A stretch of DNA of 64,000 nt from Longimicrobiales bacterium (GTDB lineage Bacteria > Gemmatimonadota > Gemmatimonadetes > Longimicrobiales > Gaopeijiaceae). Below, one piece after another: positions 20,579 to 30,090 of this stretch (positions within the stretch are counted from its first letter, which is position 1; each line of letters starts with the position of its first letter). The translations under genes and the position numbers were made by a program. Under the pieces are notes generated by a model. That model had not been told where the DNA came from and did not search any database. It worked only from the letters and a program-made list of their open reading frames with translations. The stretch is from positions 1,312,001 through 1,376,000 of the forward strand of contig OZ220732.1 in NCBI GenBank assembly GCA_965116905.1, read 5' to 3'.

Positions 20579-21466
20579 CTACCTTCCGCCGCCCAGGTTC
20601 CGGATCAGCGGGATTCCGCCCTCGGTGGGCACGTACACCAGCGACCCCTCGGGCATCTGCGCCAGCTGCTGGATGTAAAAGAAGGTCAGGTATTCCTGCG
20701 ACAGCCCCTCGGTGATGATCTGCTGGGCTTCCGCGATTCCCTTGGCCTCTTCGGCCTGCTGGCGCGCCTGCTCCTGAATGATCTGCGTCTGGAACTCCTC
20801 GGCGGCGACCTGCTGCTCGCGCTCCAGCTTCTGCTCGATCGCCTCGCGTACCCTCGGCGGCGCCTGGATGTCGCGCACGAAGACGTCCACGACCTCGATC
20901 CGGTCGCCGGCCTTGGCCTGGATCTCCTCCTTCATGCTGTTCGCCACCTCGCGGCGGTTGGGGGAGAAGATCTCATTGATGGACTTGGTGGCGACCGCGT
21001 CACGGACGCCGTTGCGGACCGCGTTGAGCACGATGCTGCGCTTGATCTGGTTTTCGGACCCGATACGCTGATAGAGGTCGGGGGCGTTGCCGCCGTTGAT
21101 CTCGAACAGGATCGACACCTCGAGCGCGACGTTGAGCTGCTCCGAGGTCTGGGCCTCGATCTGCTCCACGCCGCCCTGGGCCGGGAAGGACTGCTCGCGG
21201 ATGGACATCCGTTCCACGGAGGCGAAGGGATTGACGACGTGCAGGCCCTGTTCCAGAGACTCGGGATCGACGCTGCCGAGGAAGTGCTTGACGCCCACTT
21301 CGCCGACGCGGATCATCACGACGGCGTTGAGGAACGTGAGGCCGACCCCCACGAACATGATGACGTATCCGGCCAGCTTGGTCGGGACCTTCCCGCCGTC
21401 GCTCGGGAGGGATCGGACGATGGCCCCGATGGCGATCAGGACGATGGCGATGGCTGCGAAACCCAT
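20579..21466 (-). CDS. SPFH/prohibitin (band 7) membrane protein
   Basis: Two N-terminal TMs, GEVGV, GLHVVNPF, EAIEQK, EAKGIAEAQ coiled coil. Confidence 0.9.
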   Translation of the reverse strand: MGFAAIAIVLIAIGAIVRSLPSDGGKVPTKLAGYVIMFVGVGLTFLNAVVMIRVGEVGVKHFLGSVDPESLEQGLHVVNPFASVERMSIREQSFPAQGGVEQIEAQTSEQLNVALEVSILFEINGGNAPDLYQRIGSENQIKRSIVLNAVRNGVRDAVATKSINEIFSPNRREVANSMKEEIQAKAGDRIEVVDVFVRDIQAPPRVREAIEQKLEREQQVAAEEFQTQIIQEQARQQAEEAKGIAEAQQIITEGLSQEYLTFFYIQQLAQMPEGSLVYVPTEGGIPLIRNLGGGR

Positions 21467-21658
21467 TTTGATGTTCCTTTCATGGAATGGTTGGACGGGT
21501 ATCCGGTTGTTTTTCCCTTACATGAATATGTGTGTTTCCACTACGTGTCGCGCCGGGCGAGCCGTCACCGGAATCGGCGCGGGGCACCGGTCGGAGGCAC
21601 CGGGGGTTGCCGCGCGGCGCCTCTCAATCACGCGGACACGATCCGGGGAGGTCATTCA

Positions 21659-22495
21659 GTGAGAACCGCAGCGTCGGAGCATCGTCTGGAAGCGAAGGTG
21701 GCGATCGTCACCGGGGCATCGTCCGGAATCGGCCGGGCGATCGCGTACGCGTTGGCGCGGGAGGGTGCCGCGGTCGTGCTCGCGGCCAGACGCAACGAGC
21801 GTCTCGAGGCGGACGTCCGCGAGTTGAGCGGAGCCGGGGCACGGGCCCTTGCCGTCGCCGCCGACGTGACGCGGATGGACGACATGCATGCCGTGGCGGA
21901 CGCGGCCGGCACGGCCTTCGGGCGGATCGACATCCTGGTCAACAATGCGGGGATCATGCCCCTGTCTCCGCTCTCGGAGGGTCGCGTGTCGGACTGGACC
22001 CGAATGGTGGACGTCAACGTCAACGGCGTGTTGCACGGGATCGGGGCGGTGCTCCCCGTGATGCTGGAGCAGGGGACGGGCCACATCGTCAACATAGGGT
22101 CCGTGGCCGGACGCCGCCCGTTCCCGGGTGGAACCGTGTACTGTGCCAGCAAGTTCGCCGTGCGCTGCATTTCGTGGGGTCTCCACCTGGAGCTGGGGGC
22201 GGAACGCGGCATTCGCTCCACCGACATCCAGCCGGGCTATGCCGAGACCGAGCTGATCGACACCCTGCCGGACGCCGCTGCCCGCGACGCCTGGAATGAA
22301 CGGTGGGCCGGCAAGAAGCCGCTGGAGGCGGAGGACGTTGCCCAGGCGGTTCTGTACGCCGTCACGGCGCCGCCCCACGTCTCGGTCAGCGAGGTGCTGG
22401 TGCGCGGAACGCGGCATTCGCTCCACCGACATCCAGCCGGGCTATGCCGAGACCGAGCTGTTGCCGGACGCCGCTGCCCGCGACGCCTGGAATGA
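21659..22495 (+). CDS. Short-chain dehydrogenase/reductase with C-terminus disrupted by a tandem duplication
   Basis: GGGGAGG RBS + GTG; TGASSGIG, DILVNNAG, YCASK; native-looking end VRPLDQPT* sits out of frame at 22590-22616. Confidence 0.8.
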   Translation: MRTAASEHRLEAKVAIVTGASSGIGRAIAYALAREGAAVVLAARRNERLEADVRELSGAGARALAVAADVTRMDDMHAVADAAGTAFGRIDILVNNAGIMPLSPLSEGRVSDWTRMVDVNVNGVLHGIGAVLPVMLEQGTGHIVNIGSVAGRRPFPGGTVYCASKFAVRCISWGLHLELGAERGIRSTDIQPGYAETELIDTLPDAAARDAWNERWAGKKPLEAEDVAQAVLYAVTAPPHVSVSEVLVRGTRHSLHRHPAGLCRDRAVAGRRCPRRLE

Positions 22496-22594
22496 ACGGT
22501 GGGCCCAAGAAGCTGGAGGCGGAGGACGTTGCCCAGGCGGTTCTGTACGCCGTCACGCGCCGCCCCACGTCTCGGTCAGCGAGGTGCTGGTGCG
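22199..22594 (+). repeat. ~200-bp tandem duplication of SDR 3' end; second copy carries several small deletions
   Basis: 22199-22404 recurs at 22404-22594. Confidence 0.95.
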
Positions 22595-22653
22595 GCCGTT
22601 GGACCAGCCGACGTAGTCGCGTTTGCTCGCGCCGCGTGGCCGCTGGCAGCGTG

Positions 22654-22751
22654 CGGGACACCCTCCCAAGTACGTATCACTGTTAGTTCAGCTTACGCCA
22701 TAAGCTAAACCAAGAGCACGACGCCTCCTACAGGGGAGGGACGACATCTCG
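22654..22751 (-). other. AT-rich nested inverted-repeat element (candidate structured RNA or MITE-like element)
   Basis: 13-bp inner stem 22683-22695/22701-22713 (fully paired with G-U on minus strand) inside outer stem CCCTCCC..GTA/TAC..GGGAGGG. Confidence 0.45.
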
Positions 22752-22773
22752 GTCGAGCCGGCGCCCGCGACGC

Positions 22774-24660
22774 TCAGGCAGCCGCTCCCGCGAACTGGAG
22801 TTCGTGCAGCCGGCGGTACAATCCCTCCTGCGCCAGAAGCTCCTGGTGACTTCCTTCCTCCACCAGCCGGCCATGGTGCATGACCAGAATCCGGTCGGCG
22901 CCCTGCACGGTCGAAAGGCGGTGGGCGATCACCAGGCTGGTTCTGTCCTGCATGAGCCGGTCCGTCGCCTCTTCGATGCGCGCCTCGATTTCGGAATCGA
23001 CCGAACTGGTCGCCTCGTCGAGCACCAGGATGCCCGGGTCGAACGCCAGTGCACGCGCGAACGAGAGCAGCTGCCGCTCGCCCACCGACAGGCTTGCCCC
23101 GCGCTCGCCCAGCTCCTGCGCGGATCCCTCGGGAAGGCGTTCCACGAAGGGCGTGGCGCCGACGGCCTCGAGCGAATCGGCCACCCTGGCCTCGCCGATG
23201 TCGCCCGCCCCGAGCCGCACGTTGTAGTCGACCGACTTGCTGAACAGGAAGATGTCCTGCAGGACCAGGCCGATCCGTGCGCGCAGATCCTGCAGCCGAA
23301 GCTCCTCGACCGGGATTCCGTCGACCAGGATGCGGCCGCGCTGAGCCTCGTAAAACCTCATCAGCAGGTTGATGACGGTCGTCTTGCCGGCACCCGTGTG
23401 GCCCACGATCGCCAGCTTCTCCCCGGGCGCGACCGTGAACGACAGGTCCCGAATCACCCAATCGGGGCGAGCCTCCGGGCCAGGCCGGGCCTCCGCGCCT
23501 GGGCGAGCCTCCGCATCGGGGCGGGCCTCCGCGCCCGTCCGTCCGTCCGTCTCAACCTCTCGATTCCCGTATGCGAACCACACGTTCTCGAACCGGATTT
23601 CCCCCGTCGCCCCTTCCGGGAAACGCCGCGTGACGTCCGCGTCCCGGATCGCCGGCTCGCGGTCGAGGAGTCGGAAGATGCGCTCGGAAGAGGCCATGGC
23701 GCCCTGCAGCAGGTTGTACTTCTCGGACAGGTCCTGAATCGGGCGGAAGAAGCGGCGCGCATAGTCCAGGAAGGCCGCGAGCACGCCGATGGTCACGGCG
23801 CCCTGGATCATCGCGCTGCCCCCGTACCAGATAATGAGCGCGAGTGCCACCGAGGTGAGTTGCTGGATGACGGGGAAGAAGAGCGCGTAGTAGGTGATCG
23901 ACCGCAGGTGGGCGTCCAGGTAGTCGTTGTTGAGATCCTTGAAGCGGCCCAGGTCGGCGTCTTCGCGGTTGAAGAGCTGCACCACCCGGATTCCGGTGAA
24001 CCGCTCCTGGAGGAATGCGTTCATCCGCGCCAGGCGGTAGCGGATATCCCGATACGCGGACCGGATGCGGGAGCGGAAGACGAATGCGGCCCATGCCACG
24101 AAGGGAAGCACGCTGAAGGTGACCAGGGCCAGGTCGGCGTCCATCTGCAGCATCGCGGCCACGATGAAGAAGAGCATGAAGAGGTCGCCGAAGACCGTGA
24201 CCAGCCCCGAGCTGAAGAGTTCGTTCAGCGTCTCCACGTCCGAGGTGATGCGCGTCATCAGCCGGCCGACGGGATTCCGGTCGTAGAAGCGCAGGTCCAG
24301 CTCCTGCAGCTTGCGGAAGATCTGCGTGCGGAGATCGTACATGACCCGCTGTCCGAGCCACGTCGTGACGAGGGCCTGCAGGTACTGGAAGACGAAGACC
24401 AGAACGGTGATCGTCAGGTAGACGATCGCCAGAAGGGCGAGCTGCCTGCCATCGTTGGAAGGGATCGCCTCGTCCAGGGCGATCATGGTGAGGTAGGGGC
24501 CGATCACGGCCGCCAGCGAGGCCAGCAGCAGGAGGACGACGGCGCCCGCAACCTGCAGCGTGTAGGGGCGCAGGTAGCGCAGAAGGCGCGCCATCAGGCG
24601 CGAATCGTACGCCTTGCCTAGGACCTCTTCTTCGTAGCCGTCGTGAGCCGAGCGCGTCAC
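22774..24660 (-). CDS. ABC exporter, fused TMD + NBD (MsbA/MdlB-like)
   Basis: FYDRNPVGRLMTRITSD, GHTGAGKTT, LSVGERQ, LVLDEATS, IAHRLST; GTG start with GAGG RBS. Confidence 0.93.
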   Translation of the reverse strand: MTRSAHDGYEEEVLGKAYDSRLMARLLRYLRPYTLQVAGAVVLLLLASLAAVIGPYLTMIALDEAIPSNDGRQLALLAIVYLTITVLVFVFQYLQALVTTWLGQRVMYDLRTQIFRKLQELDLRFYDRNPVGRLMTRITSDVETLNELFSSGLVTVFGDLFMLFFIVAAMLQMDADLALVTFSVLPFVAWAAFVFRSRIRSAYRDIRYRLARMNAFLQERFTGIRVVQLFNREDADLGRFKDLNNDYLDAHLRSITYYALFFPVIQQLTSVALALIIWYGGSAMIQGAVTIGVLAAFLDYARRFFRPIQDLSEKYNLLQGAMASSERIFRLLDREPAIRDADVTRRFPEGATGEIRFENVWFAYGNREVETDGRTGAEARPDAEARPGAEARPGPEARPDWVIRDLSFTVAPGEKLAIVGHTGAGKTTVINLLMRFYEAQRGRILVDGIPVEELRLQDLRARIGLVLQDIFLFSKSVDYNVRLGAGDIGEARVADSLEAVGATPFVERLPEGSAQELGERGASLSVGERQLLSFARALAFDPGILVLDEATSSVDSEIEARIEEATDRLMQDRTSLVIAHRLSTVQGADRILVMHHGRLVEEGSHQELLAQEGLYRRLHELQFAGAAA

Positions 24661-24670
24661 GGCCGCGACC

Positions 24671-25744
24671 TCAGACCGTGCGCGCCGCGATCGTGTCGAG
24701 CCCGTCCAGGAGACGCTGCATCCTGTCCCACGGGGCGACCGTCGCCCTGAGTCCGGACCCACGCGCGGTGGTGCCTGCGAATGGACGCACGCGCACCCCG
24801 CACGACTCCAGCTGCTGCGTCTCCGGTTCCAGCCTGTCGTCCGGACGCAGGATGAACACGAAGTTGGCCGCCGAGGCCGGAACCCGGTAGCCGCGCCGGC
24901 TCAGGCAGTCCATCAACCGCTCCCGGTTGACCTTCGTCTCGGCGATTGTCTCGTCCAGCCACGGCGAGTCGCTGGAAACCGCCGCCGCCGCCGCAGTGCT
25001 CGTGACGCCGGAGACGACGAACGGACCCCGCGCCTTGTCGACCTCGAGGACGAGGGACTTGCTGCCCACGCCGTAGCCGGCCCGCATGCCGGCGAGCCCG
25101 TACGCCTTCGACAGCGTCTTCACGCACAGGGTGCGCTCGCCCTCCAGCGCCATCTCGAAGGGAGTCAGGTCATCACGGGACCGGTGGTACTCGCCGTACG
25201 CCTCGTCGATGATCAGGACGCTCCCGAGGGCTTCCGCGTGCTGGTAGACCGCCCGAATCCAGTCATCGGGGACGGCCTCCGCGGTCGGATTGCCCGGGTT
25301 CGCGATGTACACGATGCCGGGCCGCGATCCCGCGAAGCGGATCGGGTCGTCCAGCGCGTCCTCCCACTCCACCGGCGCCGGATCGTGTCCGTTCATGCGC
25401 GCCAGCATTCCCGCCGCCGGCCAGCCCGGGTCCATGAAGCGCATCTGCGTCGGCGCGACCGCCCGCATGACCGCGTCCAGCACCCCGGTCCCCCCCGCGC
25501 CCGTGGTCACGTTTTGCGTCGAGGTGCCGAACTTCGCGGCGACCGCCATCGCGAGCTCGTCCGCGTAGCTGTCCGGGTACTCGGAGGCGACCGCCGTTCC
25601 CGCCTCGGCCATCACGGCCAACGCCGCCGGATGGGCTCCCCAGAGGTTGCGATTGTCCCCGAGGTCCGCCGCGATCGGCGACCGGTCCGGAAGGTAGCGG
25701 CCGAGGGCTCCGTAGTCGTCGCGCGGATAGATGTCCGGTTTCAT
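24671..25744 (-). CDS. PLP-dependent aminotransferase class I/II (histidinol-phosphate aminotransferase-like)
   Basis: [37 protein letters not shown]. Confidence 0.8.
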   Translation of the reverse strand: MKPDIYPRDDYGALGRYLPDRSPIAADLGDNRNLWGAHPAALAVMAEAGTAVASEYPDSYADELAMAVAAKFGTSTQNVTTGAGGTGVLDAVMRAVAPTQMRFMDPGWPAAGMLARMNGHDPAPVEWEDALDDPIRFAGSRPGIVYIANPGNPTAEAVPDDWIRAVYQHAEALGSVLIIDEAYGEYHRSRDDLTPFEMALEGERTLCVKTLSKAYGLAGMRAGYGVGSKSLVLEVDKARGPFVVSGVTSTAAAAAVSSDSPWLDETIAETKVNRERLMDCLSRRGYRVPASAANFVFILRPDDRLEPETQQLESCGVRVRPFAGTTARGSGLRATVAPWDRMQRLLDGLDTIAARTV

Positions 25745-25893
25745 CGTGATCCTGCTGGTAGATTGGAAAGAGACCGCGTGTGCTTCGTTGCGGCGCGAGG
25801 CCGTTCCACGGTCGGGAAAATCGCCCGAAGGCAACGGGGCGGCAACGGGGCGGCCACTCAGGGGCCAGCGGCCACGGACTTCCAGGGGCGTTG

Positions 25894-28827
25894 ATGGATC
25901 GATCGATTCGGATCAGGGGTGCGCGGCAGCACAATCTGAAGAACCTCGACCTCGACCTGCCCCGGAACGCGCTCACGGTCGTCACCGGGCCTTCGGGATC
26001 GGGAAAGTCCTCGCTGGCCCTCGATACGCTCTTTGCGGCGGGCCAGCGCCGCTACGTCGAGGCCCTGTCCAGCTACGCCAGGCAATTCCTCGACCGGCTG
26101 GAGAAGCCCGATGTGGACCGGATCGAAGGGCTATCGCCCGCCGTGGCGATCGAGCAGCGCAATCCGACCACGAGCAGCCGTTCCACCGTGGGGACCGCCA
26201 CGGAAGTGTACGACTTCCTCCGGCTTCTCTATGCACGCGTGGGTCGCACGCATTGCCCCGCGTGCGGCGACGAAGTGCGTCCGGACAGCGTCTCCGATGC
26301 CGTCGACCGCGTTGCGTCGCTGCCCCCGGGCGACCGGTTTCTGGTCGCGTTTCCGTTGAACAGGAGCGGTCGGGTTTCCCATGAACTGGTTGTCGAAAAC
26401 CTCCGGGCCCTCGGCTTCGCCCGCGTACTGGCGGACGGAGTGCCGGCCGAGTTGTCGGACGCCGCCGTCCCCGATCTCGCGACCGCCCGCGAAGTCATGG
26501 TGGTCGTCGACCGGCTGAAGGTCCCGCCCACCCCCGACCGGAACTGGATGGACCGGCTTGCGGATTCGATCGCCACCTGCTTCCACGAAGGCGAGGGCGA
26601 GGCGGTCGTGGTTCCCGTGAACCCCGGCCACGCCGCCACCGCTGCGGACGGCCACGCCGTGCCCCCAGCGGACGGCCATGCGGCCCCCCCCGCGGACGAG
26701 GCGATTCGCTTTTCGGAGCGGTTCCGCTGTCCCCGGCACCCGGAGCAGGCCTTCCTGAAGCCGACGCCGCGCCTCTTCTCCTTCAACAACCCCTACGGCA
26801 GCTGCCCGACGTGCACCGGCTTCGGCGCGACCCTGGACTACGACCCCGCGCTTGTCGTTCCCGACGAGGACCTGTCGCTCGACGACGGGGCGGTGGATCC
26901 GTGGGCAAAGCCCCGGTACGGTCGGGAACGCGCCCACCTGCGCCGTTTCGCCGACGAACGCGGCGTCTCGATCCACGCCCCCTGGAAGCGGCTGCCCGAG
27001 TCCTTCCGCGAGGCGGTGCTGTACGGCCAGGGGTCGTTTCGCGGGGTACTGGACTTTCTCGCCTCCAGGGAGCGAAAGCGGTACAAGCAGTACATTCGCA
27101 TCTTCCTGCGCCAGTACCAGCGGCCCCGACCCTGCCGCGCCTGCGGCGGATCGCGCCTACGGCCCGAGGCGGGGCACGTGACCGTGGGCGGCCTCGACGT
27201 CGGCAGCGTCTCCGCCATGCCGATCGAGGCGCTTCCGGAATGGATGGAGGGACTGGATCTGCGCCCGATGGAGGCCAGGATCGCGAGCACCATACTCCGG
27301 GAGCTCTCTGCGCGGGTGGGTTTTCTCGTGGACGTCGGCCTGGGATACCTCACGCTGGGCCGGCAGATGCGCACGGTCTCCGGAGGCGAGGCGCAGCGCA
27401 TCTCCCTCGCCAACTCCCTGGGCTCGCGTCTCGTGGACACGCTGTACGTCCTCGACGAGCCGTCGATCGGGCTGCACCCGCAGGACATGGACGCCCTGAT
27501 GGCGCTGCTGCACCGTCTCCGCGACGGCGGCAACACGGTGGTCGTGGTCGAGCACAACGCCACCGCCATCCGCGCCGCGGACCACGTCGTCGAGCTGGGC
27601 CCGGGTTCGGGTGACCTGGGCGGCGAGGTCGTGTTCGAAGGCACGCCCGCCGATTTGGTCCAGACCGCGACAAATACCGGCAGGTATCTGTCCAGGGAAC
27701 GCGCACGGCTTCGCGGTGACGGGGAATCCGGCCGCGACGGGCGGCGCGGATGGACCGAGCGCCGCCGCCGGCCCGTGGACGGCGCGCGCATCCGGCTGGA
27801 GGGAGCGCGGCTGCACAACCTGCGCGGCGCCGAAGCCGAGTTCCCCATCGGCGCGATGACGGTCGTGACCGGGGTGTCCGGGTCGGGCAAGTCGACCCTC
27901 GTGCACGACATCCTCTACCGGGCGCTGGAGCGCGAACTCAGAGGAGGCCGTACGTCGGCAAAGGAGCACCTCGGCGAGGTGGTCGGTGCCTACGGCTCCC
28001 TGACCGGCACCGAACACCTGGACGACGTGGTCCTGATCGACCAGAGCCCCATCGGACGGACGCCCCGCTCGAACCCGGTCACCTACATCCGGGCGTGGGG
28101 CGAGATCCGCCGCATCTTCGCCGGCCAGCGCGCCGCCGCCAAGGCCGGTCTGGACGCGCGCAGCTTCTCGTTCAACGTCAAGGGAGGCCGCTGCGAGGAG
28201 TGTGGGGGCGCCGGATACGTGCGCGTGGAAATGGTCTTCATGGCCGACATCCACGTGCCGTGCGAGGTGTGCGGCGGAAAGCGGTACCGGCCCAGGGTGC
28301 TGGAAGTCAGCGTGCGGGGCCTCAACGTGACCGACGTGCTCGACATGACCGTCGATCGGGCCATTCGCTTCTTCCTGCGCGAGCCCCGGCTGGGGCAGGC
28401 ACTGTGGCATCTGCAGCAGGTCGGCCTCGGCTACCTGCGTCTGGGCCAGCCCGCCACGACCCTGTCGGGGGGCGAGGCGCAGCGGCTCAAGATCGCGCGC
28501 GAACTGATCGGAGCCGCGGCCCGCAAGGGCACCCGCAAGGCCTACATCCTCGACGAACCGACGACGGGTCTCTCGGGAGAGGACGTGGCGCTGCTGAACG
28601 AAGTGCTCCGCCGGCTCGTCAAGGCGGGCCACACCCTTGTGGTGGTCGAGCACGACCTGGATGTGGTCAGGGCGGCCGACTGGGTGGTCGACATGGGCCC
28701 CGGAGCCGGTGCGGGCGGCGGCGAGGTCGTCGCGATGGGGCGGCCCGAGGACGTGGCCACCGTACCCGAGAGCGTGACAGGACGCTATCTCGGAGAGGCG
28801 TTGGGGTTGGGAGCAGTCCGTGGATAG
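25894..28827 (+). CDS. uvrA: Excinuclease ABC subunit A
   Basis: [21 protein letters not shown], two ABC ATPase domains, Zn fingers, [21 protein letters not shown]. Confidence 0.95.
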   Translation: MDRSIRIRGARQHNLKNLDLDLPRNALTVVTGPSGSGKSSLALDTLFAAGQRRYVEALSSYARQFLDRLEKPDVDRIEGLSPAVAIEQRNPTTSSRSTVGTATEVYDFLRLLYARVGRTHCPACGDEVRPDSVSDAVDRVASLPPGDRFLVAFPLNRSGRVSHELVVENLRALGFARVLADGVPAELSDAAVPDLATAREVMVVVDRLKVPPTPDRNWMDRLADSIATCFHEGEGEAVVVPVNPGHAATAADGHAVPPADGHAAPPADEAIRFSERFRCPRHPEQAFLKPTPRLFSFNNPYGSCPTCTGFGATLDYDPALVVPDEDLSLDDGAVDPWAKPRYGRERAHLRRFADERGVSIHAPWKRLPESFREAVLYGQGSFRGVLDFLASRERKRYKQYIRIFLRQYQRPRPCRACGGSRLRPEAGHVTVGGLDVGSVSAMPIEALPEWMEGLDLRPMEARIASTILRELSARVGFLVDVGLGYLTLGRQMRTVSGGEAQRISLANSLGSRLVDTLYVLDEPSIGLHPQDMDALMALLHRLRDGGNTVVVVEHNATAIRAADHVVELGPGSGDLGGEVVFEGTPADLVQTATNTGRYLSRERARLRGDGESGRDGRRGWTERRRRPVDGARIRLEGARLHNLRGAEAEFPIGAMTVVTGVSGSGKSTLVHDILYRALERELRGGRTSAKEHLGEVVGAYGSLTGTEHLDDVVLIDQSPIGRTPRSNPVTYIRAWGEIRRIFAGQRAAAKAGLDARSFSFNVKGGRCEECGGAGYVRVEMVFMADIHVPCEVCGGKRYRPRVLEVSVRGLNVTDVLDMTVDRAIRFFLREPRLGQALWHLQQVGLGYLRLGQPATTLSGGEAQRLKIARELIGAAARKGTRKAYILDEPTTGLSGEDVALLNEVLRRLVKAGHTLVVVEHDLDVVRAADWVVDMGPGAGAGGGEVVAMGRPEDVATVPESVTGRYLGEALGLGAVRG

Positions 28828-28893
28828 AGCCGCCCGAGCACCGAGAGCGGCGAGGCGCCGGGCCTCGGATTCCGGTGCGCCTGCGGGAGCCGC

Positions 28894-29922
28894 GTGACCT
28901 CGTCCCGGCCCCGTTCCGCGCCCCTCGTCACCGTCGTCCTTCCGGTCAGGGACGGCGCCGCCACCCTGGGAGCCGCGCTGCGGTCGCTCGCCGCACAGAC
29001 GTTTTCCGGCTACGAGGTCGTCGTGATCGACGACGGATCCCGAGACGACTCGGTGGAGATCGCGCGGCAGTGGGCGCGGCGCGATGGCCGCTTCCGCCTC
29101 GTGCGCATGCCGCCCGGCGGGATTGTGCCGGCGCTCCGGCGCGGCCTCGCCGAGGCGCGCGGCACCCTTGTCGCGCGGATGGACGCCGACGACGTCTGCC
29201 ACCCGGCCCGGCTCGCAACCCAGGTCGACCTCCTCGAGCACCGCCCAGACCTCGCCGGCTGCGGCACCGGCGTCCGTTACGTCCCCGCTGGCGGCGTCAC
29301 CGCGCGGGCCGCCCAGTACGCGGCGTGGCTCAACGCCATGACCACGTGGGAGACGGTCGCGGCGAACATCTTCGTCGAGTGTCCCCTCGCGCACCCGACC
29401 ATCTTGTTCCGGGCTGCGGCGCTTTCAGCCGTGGGCGGCTACCGCGACCGGGGCTGGCCCGAAGACTACGACCTCCTGTTGCGGATGTGGCGCCACGGCC
29501 ACCGCTTCGTCGCCGCCCCGCGCGTTCTCCTCGACTGGAACAACCGCGGGGACCGTCTGAGCCGCACGCACCCGGCCTACGCGCTGGCCGCGTTTCGCGC
29601 GTGCCGGGTGCATCACCTGCGGCGCAGTCTGCTCGCCGGAAGGGCGGGCGTCGTGATCTGGGGCGCGGGTCCCACGGGCAAGAAGCTCGCGCTGGAGTGC
29701 CGTCGCCAGGAGGTGGCCGTGCGGGCGTTCATCGAGGTCGATCCGCGGAAGATCGGGCAGGTGATTCACGGCGCTCCGGTGCGTGAGGCCGCAGCCGCGA
29801 AGGCGTTCCGGGACGCGCTTCACCTGGGCGCCGTCGCGCGGTCGCCGGGCCGCGAGACGGTGCGGGCGGCGGCGGTGGGGGAGGGGCTCACGGACGGTGT
29901 GGACTTCGTGGCGATGGCGTGA
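28894..29922 (+). CDS. Glycosyltransferase family 2
   Basis: VVLPVRD, VIDDGSRD, ARMDADD, EDYDL; C-terminal IWGAG Rossmann-like segment. Confidence 0.85.
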   Translation: MTSSRPRSAPLVTVVLPVRDGAATLGAALRSLAAQTFSGYEVVVIDDGSRDDSVEIARQWARRDGRFRLVRMPPGGIVPALRRGLAEARGTLVARMDADDVCHPARLATQVDLLEHRPDLAGCGTGVRYVPAGGVTARAAQYAAWLNAMTTWETVAANIFVECPLAHPTILFRAAALSAVGGYRDRGWPEDYDLLLRMWRHGHRFVAAPRVLLDWNNRGDRLSRTHPAYALAAFRACRVHHLRRSLLAGRAGVVIWGAGPTGKKLALECRRQEVAVRAFIEVDPRKIGQVIHGAPVREAAAAKAFRDALHLGAVARSPGRETVRAAAVGEGLTDGVDFVAMA

Positions 29923-29988
29923 GCACGGGGCCGCGGGGGGCGGTCGTCGAAGGGTCCCGACGGGCTTGAATCGACTGCACTTGACGGC

Positions 29989-30017
29989 TTGAAATCGCCC
30001 CGAAATCCGGCTATTTT
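29989..30017 (+). promoter_or_regulatory. Putative sigma-70 promoter for gyrA (TTGAAA-N17-TATTTT)
   Basis: 17-bp spacing in an AT-rich patch upstream of gyrA. Confidence 0.5.
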
Positions 30018-30090
30018 TAATGGCTGTCCGGGGCTCGTTTTTCACGCCCTGTGACCCAGCGCATCCACCCCTCCAGCGCCCGCAGGATTA

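Noticed and set aside
21467..21560. AT-rich stretch upstream of the SPFH gene
   Set aside because: Consistent with an ordinary promoter or leader; no convincing motif or structure found.
22693..22720. TTACGCCATAA as a possible XerC arm of a dif site
   Set aside because: No XerD-like arm follows at 6-bp spacing; the hairpin explains it better.
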